Shown here piece by piece: positions 26,470 to 32,000 of a stretch of 32,000 nt of DNA (the stretch's first letter is position 1; every line of letters starts with the position of its first letter). The notes below the pieces were generated by a model. That model did not search any database. It was given only the letters and a program-made list of their open reading frames with translations, and was not told the origin of the DNA. The stretch is taken from NCBI RefSeq assembly GCF_014396165.1, contig NZ_CP060715.1, positions 900,001 to 932,000 on the forward strand, read 5' to 3'. A program made the translations under genes and the position numbers. This stretch comes from Erysipelothrix inopinata. Its GTDB lineage: Bacteria > Bacillota_I > Bacilli_A > Erysipelotrichales > Erysipelotrichaceae.

Positions 26470-27296
26470 TGGTTACCTCCTTGGTGGATATAACTTAAAT
26501 TATTTGAATTTACTCTTATAGTTAGTGAGTCAGTATGTGGAATTTTAAGATTAAATTGTTGTGACGATTTTGCTTCAAAAGTTACATTTAATGCTTCAAG
26601 AAGTTTTGGATCAACACCGAAATCACCATCTATAAAGAGTATGGGATAAATTGAAGTTAATGTTTGTTCAGATGATGTGAGATTCGTTAGAGTAAAAGAT
26701 ACATCCGAGCTATTTAAATTCCTTTTGATTGTATTAAATTGAAGCAACCAGACGCCATCAATCGCATAGGTTCCATATTGATTACCTGGCATCACATTAG
26801 TATGGAAGTCATAGATATTATTTAGATGATCATAAAAGTAATTAAATGTTTCATTTAAGTAAGCATTACTGTGGTCTCTTAGTGTCGTGATATTTTTAGG
26901 TGTTACCTTAACATTCGAAGTGGGTATCTCGTCTTGATATTTCGTATTAAGTACAGAGTATGCGAGATTGGTATCTTCAAATATTTCATGACCAAATTGG
27001 TTAGCACATAGTTTGAGTTCTGGTATTTGCGAATCATATGTAGGTGTTAAGCAACGGGTTGTCAGAGTGCGAACGTTATATAAGTAAATTGAATACACTG
27101 AAATACAAGATAAAGTAATAAAACTACTCGATATAATAATGATGAATCCAGTTTTAGAAAATGCAAACTTACGTTTAGTATCTTTTTTTAGTGCGCTCCG
27201 AGCATTAAACGTTAGAGCTTTACTTTGGTACACCCAGCTCATAATGACGAATGCTAAGATGATAACAATGGGTAATATAAAAAGTGTCAGTGACAT
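26466..27296 (-). CDS. Membrane protein (276 aa): 2 N-terminal TM segments plus an extracytoplasmic domain of about 200 aa, unknown function
   Basis: RBS aggaggt overlaps the LytTR gene stop. I did not recognise a family. Confidence 0.65.
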   Translation of the reverse strand: MSLTLFILPIVIILAFVIMSWVYQSKALTFNARSALKKDTKRKFAFSKTGFIIIISSSFITLSCISVYSIYLYNVRTLTTRCLTPTYDSQIPELKLCANQFGHEIFEDTNLAYSVLNTKYQDEIPTSNVKVTPKNITTLRDHSNAYLNETFNYFYDHLNNIYDFHTNVMPGNQYGTYAIDGVWLLQFNTIKRNLNSSDVSFTLTNLTSSEQTLTSIYPILFIDGDFGVDPKLLEALNVTFEAKSSQQFNLKIPHTDSLTIRVNSNNLSYIHQGGNQ

Positions 27297-27305
27297 AAAT
27301 ACCTC

Positions 27306-27722
27306 CTAGATACCAATGGTTTTTTTGAATTCATAATAGTAACTACGATTAACATCGTGCCATTGGTTGTGTATGCGAATGTTGTATTTCATATTAAGAC
27401 TCACTTTAATATCTTCAATGAAGTGCGGGTTCACGATCGTTGTACGATTGATGCGGAGTAGTGGTTCAACTTCAAAGTCTTTGAGAGGTAGTGTTGTATG
27501 AAAAGATTCATGCTCAGTTTCAACAACAGTATTTTGATCAATAACGGACACAATGAAAATATCCTGAAGATTAACGTATGATTTACGTCGTGAATCGTAC
27601 ACAGGAAACTTAGTGTTTTGTGCATAAAGAATATAAGAGCCATCGGATTCCACAATCTCTGCATGCATTAACTGATCTTTCGTAATGGGTTCGATAATAT
27701 TTTTACCAAGTTGAATTTTCAT
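27306..27722 (-). CDS. Stand-alone LytTR-domain DNA-binding protein (138 aa, no receiver domain)
   Basis: DIFIVSV..., LLRINRTTIVNPHFIEDI and VNRSYYYEFKK match LytTR hallmarks. I chose ATG 27722, which has RBS aggtga. The ORF-track GTG 27878 extension covers the promoter and repeats. Confidence 0.8.
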   Translation of the reverse strand: MKIQLGKNIIEPITKDQLMHAEIVESDGSYILYAQNTKFPVYDSRRKSYVNLQDIFIVSVIDQNTVVETEHESFHTTLPLKDFEVEPLLRINRTTIVNPHFIEDIKVSLNMKYNIRIHNQWHDVNRSYYYEFKKTIGI

Positions 27723-27740
27723 CGTATCACCTGTACTTAA

Positions 27741-27769
27741 ATGATAATGTTTATCTAGTAAATGTACAA
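27741..27769 (-). promoter_or_regulatory. SigA-type promoter of the LytTR operon
   Basis: Minus strand TTGTAC-N17-TATCAT. Confidence 0.55.
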
Positions 27770-27828
27770 GCAAATGATGGTGAGTTACGAAATAATGGTG
27801 GTGACTTGCAGTAAAATTGTGTATGTTT

Positions 27829-27862
27829 TGATATTTCGGATATTTTTGTGATATTTCAGGAT
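27829..27862. promoter_or_regulatory. Direct repeat pair TGATATTTC(-/A)GGAT with 20-bp phasing, candidate LytTR binding site
   Basis: TGATATTTCGGAT at 27829-27841 and TGATATTTCAGGAT at 27849-27862, in the divergent intergenic region. Confidence 0.5.
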
Positions 27863-27890
27863 GTGAAAGCGGATACACTAACGGTATACT
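27862..27890 (+). promoter_or_regulatory. Promoter candidate for the ABC importer operon, with a poor -35 element
   Basis: TGTGAA-N17-TATACT. The -35 element abuts the second direct repeat. Confidence 0.4.
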
Positions 27891-27916
27891 AAGAGTAACT
27901 TAGGAGGAGATATGAA

Positions 27917-28954
27917 ATGAAACGTACAATGAAATTGTTAGTGTCACTGCTTGTGTTCTCAGTTATTTTAGTTGGCTGTGGTAAAAAAGAGGATAAACCA
28001 GCAGCTGGTGGTTCCAATGAATTGGTTATCTATACAGCACGTAGTGAGGGATTAAATAACCTAGTTATTAAAAACTTTGAGAAAGAAACGGGTATAAAAG
28101 TTAAGACTGTTGTAGCAGGTACTGGAGAACTACAAAAGCGTGTAGAATCAGAAAAGAGTAACCCACTTGGAGATGTCTTATGGGCAGCTGATGAAACAAT
28201 GCTCCATGAATATAAAGATTTGTTCATGGAATATGTATCACCTGAAGATGCTAATATGATGGATGGATTCAAGAATACATCAGGATACTTTACACCTGCA
28301 TTCTCAGATCCAACAGTAATGATCGTGAATAAGGATCTTAAGGGCTCTATGAAAATTGATGGATTCCAAGATTTATTAAATCCTGAACTTAAAGGGAAAA
28401 TTAGCTTTGGAGATCCAACGAACTCAAGTTCAGCATTCCAAGTTTTAGTTGCAATGTTGTATGACATGGGTGATGGTGATCCAATGTCTGATAAGGCATG
28501 GGATTACGTTGATAAGTTAATTGCTAACTTAGATGGAAAGATTGCATCAAGCTCTGGTCAAGTTCATAAAGGAGTAGCTGATGGAGAGTTTCCTGTTGGT
28601 TTAACATGGGAAGATCCTGCTGCAAATTATGTCAAAAATGGAGCACCTGTAGAAGTAGTATTCCCTGTCGAAGGCGCTATTTTCCCAGGAGAATCAGTGC
28701 AAATTATTAAGGGGGCTAAAAATGTTGAAAATGCTAAGAAGTTTGTTGATTTCTTAATTTCTGAAGACATTCAAAACCAAGTTGGAGAACAATTAACTGT
28801 TCGTCCACTTCGTAAGAATGCTAAACTTGCAGATTACATGACACCACAAAGTAACATCGTGCTTTCGAAAAATTACGATGAAGCATGGGTTGCGGAACAT
28901 AAAGATGAAATATCCAAGAAGTTTACAGAACATTTAGAAAAATCAATGGACTAA
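27917..28954 (+). CDS. ABC transporter substrate-binding lipoprotein (Fbp/AfuA/Pot-like, family 1)
   Basis: Lipobox LVGC. 345 aa periplasmic-binding-protein type II fold. The substrate cannot be deduced from sequence alone. Confidence 0.8.
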   Translation: MKRTMKLLVSLLVFSVILVGCGKKEDKPAAGGSNELVIYTARSEGLNNLVIKNFEKETGIKVKTVVAGTGELQKRVESEKSNPLGDVLWAADETMLHEYKDLFMEYVSPEDANMMDGFKNTSGYFTPAFSDPTVMIVNKDLKGSMKIDGFQDLLNPELKGKISFGDPTNSSSAFQVLVAMLYDMGDGDPMSDKAWDYVDKLIANLDGKIASSSGQVHKGVADGEFPVGLTWEDPAANYVKNGAPVEVVFPVEGAIFPGESVQIIKGAKNVENAKKFVDFLISEDIQNQVGEQLTVRPLRKNAKLADYMTPQSNIVLSKNYDEAWVAEHKDEISKKFTEHLEKSMD

Positions 28955-28976
28955 AAAGACAGCTTCGGCTGTCTTT
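28955..28976 (+). other. Intercistronic stem-loop after the binding-protein gene
   Basis: aaagacagc-ttcg-gctgtcttt with no long T-run. Likely an mRNA stabiliser or partial attenuator. Confidence 0.5.
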
Positions 28977-28999
28977 CCCTTAAATGAGAGGAGATTATT

Positions 29000-30082
29000 A
29001 TGGGTGTCGATTTAAAAATAGATAAAGTAGTAAAACGTTATGGCGATAACGAGGTTGTAAAAGGACTATCAGTAGATATTAATCCTGGAGAGTTCTTTAC
29101 ATTGCTGGGTCCGTCAGGGTGTGGAAAAACTACACTCTTACGAATGATTATTGGTTTTAATACAATCGATAAAGGGAGCATTTCTGTTAATGACCATGTT
29201 GTGAATAAGATTCCAATTCATAAGCGTAATATGGGAATGGTATTTCAAAACTATGCAATCTTCCCACACATGAGTGTCAAAGATAATGTAGCATACGGAC
29301 TTAAAAATCAGAAAGTTTCGAAAGAGGAAATTAACCGTCGTGTTGATGAAATTCTTGAGGTCGTGAAAATCACTTCACTGAAGGATCGTCTCCCTGAACA
29401 ACTATCAGGTGGACAACAACAACGTGTTGCGCTTGCTCGAGCAATTGTTACTCATCCTGAAGTTCTCTTAATGGATGAACCTTTGTCAAATCTCGATGCA
29501 AAACTTCGTGTAGAGATGCGTCTGGCAATTAAAAATATTCAAAAGGAAGTCGACATTACGACAGTATATGTAACGCACGATCAAGAAGAAGCCTTAGCGG
29601 TATCTGATCGAATTGCGGTTATGAACGAAGGCGTAATCCAACAAATTGGACAACCTAAAGTAATCTATAGTCGACCTGTGAATACATTTGTTTCAAACTT
29701 CATTGGAACAACGAATTTCTTCACAGGACATCGTCAAGGTAATCGTATCGATGTTGAAGGTTATCAATTTGAGATGAACAACCTTGTTGCAGATAGTGAT
29801 GAAGACGTCATTGTTTCCGTGAGACCTCATGAATTTAGAATTTCTGATGATCCAACAGGCATTAAAGGTGTGGTTAAGACATCAACCTTCTTAGGACTCA
29901 ATACACACTACTATATATCTTTGGATGATGGGCGCGAAGTCGAAGTTATTGATGATAAAGAAAGTATCGAGATTATTCCAGATGATACAACAGTTTATCT
30001 CAAGTTTAAAGAGAATCGAATCAATCTCTTTAACATCACCACAGAACGTTCAATTATTGAAGGAGTTGATGAGTGTGAATAA
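29000..30082 (+). CDS. ABC transporter ATP-binding protein (FbpC/PotA type, with a C-terminal regulatory domain)
   Basis: Motifs GPSGCGKTT, LSGGQQQR and LLMDEPLSNLD. Confidence 0.92.
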   Translation: MGVDLKIDKVVKRYGDNEVVKGLSVDINPGEFFTLLGPSGCGKTTLLRMIIGFNTIDKGSISVNDHVVNKIPIHKRNMGMVFQNYAIFPHMSVKDNVAYGLKNQKVSKEEINRRVDEILEVVKITSLKDRLPEQLSGGQQQRVALARAIVTHPEVLLMDEPLSNLDAKLRVEMRLAIKNIQKEVDITTVYVTHDQEEALAVSDRIAVMNEGVIQQIGQPKVIYSRPVNTFVSNFIGTTNFFTGHRQGNRIDVEGYQFEMNNLVADSDEDVIVSVRPHEFRISDDPTGIKGVVKTSTFLGLNTHYYISLDDGREVEVIDDKESIEIIPDDTTVYLKFKENRINLFNITTERSIIEGVDECE

Positions 30083-31736
30083 GACTAAAGATAAATCAAG
30101 ATTTACGATATGGCATGGATTAACACTTGCGATATTCATACTCTTTGTTGTATTTATCGGATATCCACTATTTTTAGTACTGTATAAATCAGTTGTTGTG
30201 AATGATTCCATAGGGCTATCAAACTTTGTGAAATTCTTTGAACGGAAATTCTATTGGTCAACGCTGGTTAATAGCTTTAAAGTTACAATTGTTGCAACAC
30301 TAATTTCAGTAGCAATTGGACTTCCACTTGCATATGCCACGCGTAATGTGAAAATAAAATTCAGTGGTGCGGTTGATTTACTCTGTATTGTTGCATACCT
30401 ATCACCACCATTTATTGGTGCATACGCATGGATCCAACTACTTGGTAGAAATGGATTTATTACAAAAATAATTAACAGTCTATTTGGAATTCAATATAAC
30501 GGAATCTATGGTTTTGCTGGAATCGTATTGGTCTTCGCTATGCAATCATTCCCTCTCGTATATCTCTATGTATCAGGGGCAATGAAAAATATGGACCATT
30601 CTCTCAACGAGGCAGCTGAAAGTTTGGGGTCCAGTACTTGGAAACGAGTTCGCACAATTATCGTTCCCTTACTGGTACCGAGTATTTTGGCAAGTTCTCT
30701 CTTAGTGTTTATGCGCGTATTCTCGGATTTCGGGACGCCAATGTTGATTGGTGAAGGATACAAAACGATGCCCGTCTTAGTTTATACTCAATTTATGAGT
30801 GAACTGGGTGGGGATGCCAGCTTTGCTGCAGCCCTTTGTGTTATCGTGATTGGAATCATCATCAGTCTCTTCTTCATTCAAAAATACTTTGCGAAAAAGT
30901 TCAATTATTCAATGACAGCTCTCAAACCAATCCAACCACGTCAGTTAACGGGTGCGAAGAATATTTTGGTTCATGCACTTGTTTACTTCACCGTCTTTGT
31001 AGCTTCATTGCCGCAACTGGTTGTAATTTATACATCATTCTTAAAAAGTAATGGTGGACAAGTCTTTACGAAAGGCTTCTCACTCGACAGTTATCGTAAT
31101 ATCTTTGCGAATGGTGAAGGATTTGTAATTGGAAATACATACTTCATCGGTATTATTGCCATACTTATCATTGTTGTTCTCGGGGTTTTGATATCTTATA
31201 TGAGCGAGAGAAAACCGAATGCGTTAACGGGATCTTTAGACACGTTATCGATGCTTCCATACATTATTCCTGGATCTGTATTAGGGATTTCGTTCTTATT
31301 TGCATTTAATGATTATCCATTGCTGCTATCGGGGACCTTCTTGATTTTAGTAATATCTTTCGTAGTTCGAAGACTTGCTTATACAATTCGGTCAAGTACA
31401 GCCATTATTGGTCAAATTAGTCCAAGTATGGAAGAAGCAGCCGTATCTTTAGGTTCATCAGAAATGAAGTCATTTAGAGACGTTATGCTACCGATGATGA
31501 TGCCAGGAGTAATATCCGGTGCATTGATGAGCTGGATTACGGTAATTAGTGAATTGAGTAGCTCAATTATTCTTTATACCAGCAAGACGAAGACACTTAC
31601 CGTCGCAATCTATACCGAAGTTATTCGTGGTAACTATGGAAATGCCGCAGCATTTTCAACGATATTGACATTAACTTCAATCATTTCACTCCTACTCTTC
31701 TTTAAAATAAGTGGTAAGAAAGAAATCAGTTTATAA
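30069..31736 (+). CDS. ABC transporter permease, fused double-domain (FbpB-like, about 12 TM)
   Basis: I chose ATG 30069 (MSVNKTKDK), which has RBS gaaggag and overlaps the ATPase stop by 14 nt. Two EAA-like loops (EAAESLGSS and EEAAVSLGSS). Confidence 0.88.
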   Translation: MSVNKTKDKSRFTIWHGLTLAIFILFVVFIGYPLFLVLYKSVVVNDSIGLSNFVKFFERKFYWSTLVNSFKVTIVATLISVAIGLPLAYATRNVKIKFSGAVDLLCIVAYLSPPFIGAYAWIQLLGRNGFITKIINSLFGIQYNGIYGFAGIVLVFAMQSFPLVYLYVSGAMKNMDHSLNEAAESLGSSTWKRVRTIIVPLLVPSILASSLLVFMRVFSDFGTPMLIGEGYKTMPVLVYTQFMSELGGDASFAAALCVIVIGIIISLFFIQKYFAKKFNYSMTALKPIQPRQLTGAKNILVHALVYFTVFVASLPQLVVIYTSFLKSNGGQVFTKGFSLDSYRNIFANGEGFVIGNTYFIGIIAILIIVVLGVLISYMSERKPNALTGSLDTLSMLPYIIPGSVLGISFLFAFNDYPLLLSGTFLILVISFVVRRLAYTIRSSTAIIGQISPSMEEAAVSLGSSEMKSFRDVMLPMMMPGVISGALMSWITVISELSSSIILYTSKTKTLTVAIYTEVIRGNYGNAAAFSTILTLTSIISLLLFFKISGKKEISL

Positions 31737-31741
31737 TTTGA

Positions 31742-31766
31742 AAGAGCTAATTTAATTAGCTTTTTC
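31742..31766 (+). terminator. Weak AT-rich terminator
   Basis: aagagcta / tagctttt pairing followed by a T-run. Confidence 0.45.
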
Positions 31767-31819
31767 TGCGTTGATAATAAGGTGCTGTGGTATGATTGTG
31801 CCGAGAAGGGGACTAACTT

Positions 31820-32000
31820 ATGAAGCGAAAATTTAGCGACTATATTCGAAAACAATTTCAAGTATATTTGATACTCGTACTTTTGACCATTGCAATTGTT
31901 TTTAGTGCAGTCACTTTTAGCCTCTTTAGTTTGTATATCAAAAATGAGTTAAAACGAGACAATCAGCATATTACCGATACGATTCACCAAGATTTTTCGG
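31820..32000 (+). CDS. 5' end of a membrane protein, truncated by the window edge (possibly a YesM-like sensor kinase)
   Basis: RBS gaagggga. MKRKFSDYIRKQFQVYLILVLLTIAIVFSAVTFSLFSLYI is a basic N-terminus followed by a TM segment. The kinase assignment is a guess from N-terminal architecture and context only. Confidence 0.45.
   Translation, partial: MKRKFSDYIRKQFQVYLILVLLTIAIVFSAVTFSLFSLYIKNELKRDNQHITDTIHQDFS

Noticed and set aside
27723-27878. His-rich N-terminal extension (…HHHYFVTHHHLLVHLLDKHYH…) of the LytTR ORF from a GTG at 27878, a possible metal-binding tail.
   Set aside because: The internal ATG 27722 has a proper RBS and gives a normal-length LytTR domain. The extension covers a good TTGTAC-N17-TATCAT promoter and the direct repeats, and its GTG start has no RBS.
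14518-31861. Other antisense or overlapping short ORFs in the track (14518-14865, 14938-15129, 17591-17842, 23427-23609, 23606-23809, 25932-26153, 27431-27664, 28030-28467, 30566-30763, 30836-31051, 31634-31861; likewise 8677-8904, 9007-9255, 10646-10882 and 11704-11898 further upstream).
   Set aside because: Each lies within or opposite a confidently assigned gene or terminator, has no RBS, and has an uninformative composition.

Overview
Low-GC (about one third G+C by eye) chromosomal segment that looks like Bacillota (Firmicutes); I cannot assign a genus without a database search. The window is densely coded, with about 27 credible protein genes, one tRNA and several well-defined cis-regulatory RNAs and operators.

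Gene content, in order:
- A 5'-truncated LPXTG surface protein with BspA-type LRRs and five tandem 216-bp Listeria-Bacteroides repeats.
- A GNAT acetyltransferase and a YczE/YitT-like membrane protein.
- A yybP-ykoY (Mn2+) riboswitch with an expression-platform terminator, in front of a P-type IIA Ca2+/Mn2+ ATPase.
- A BglG/LicT-type antiterminator convergent with a glucose-family PTS EIICB gene. The PTS leader carries a textbook RAT/terminator overlap.
- A TetR plus membrane-anchored alpha/beta-hydrolase operon with two near-identical palindromic operators.
- asnA, then tRNA-Val(GAC).
- A GNAT gene broken by a 1-nt frameshift in a T4 run.
- A TetR plus 76-aa membrane protein pair.
- A surface-protein cluster: LPXTG adhesin, ECF sigma, atypical single-pass anti-sigma candidate, internalin-like LPXTG protein, small membrane protein.
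- A Na/Pi cotransporter with a PhoU-like tail.
- A TetR-associated heterodimeric ABC exporter with one degenerate ATP site, preceded by a translationally coupled 64-aa protein.
- A stand-alone LytTR regulator with two membrane proteins.
- An Fbp/Pot-type ABC importer, then the start of a membrane protein (possibly a sensor kinase).

I see no CRISPR array, transposase, integrase, phage gene or recognisable defence gene.

The two most plausible candidates for an undescribed system are the ECF sigma / atypical anti-sigma unit embedded between LPXTG adhesins, and the LytTR plus two-membrane-protein module with 20-bp-phased direct repeats. Both are hypotheses from gene order and motifs only. Honestly, much of the window is ordinary housekeeping or transport content.
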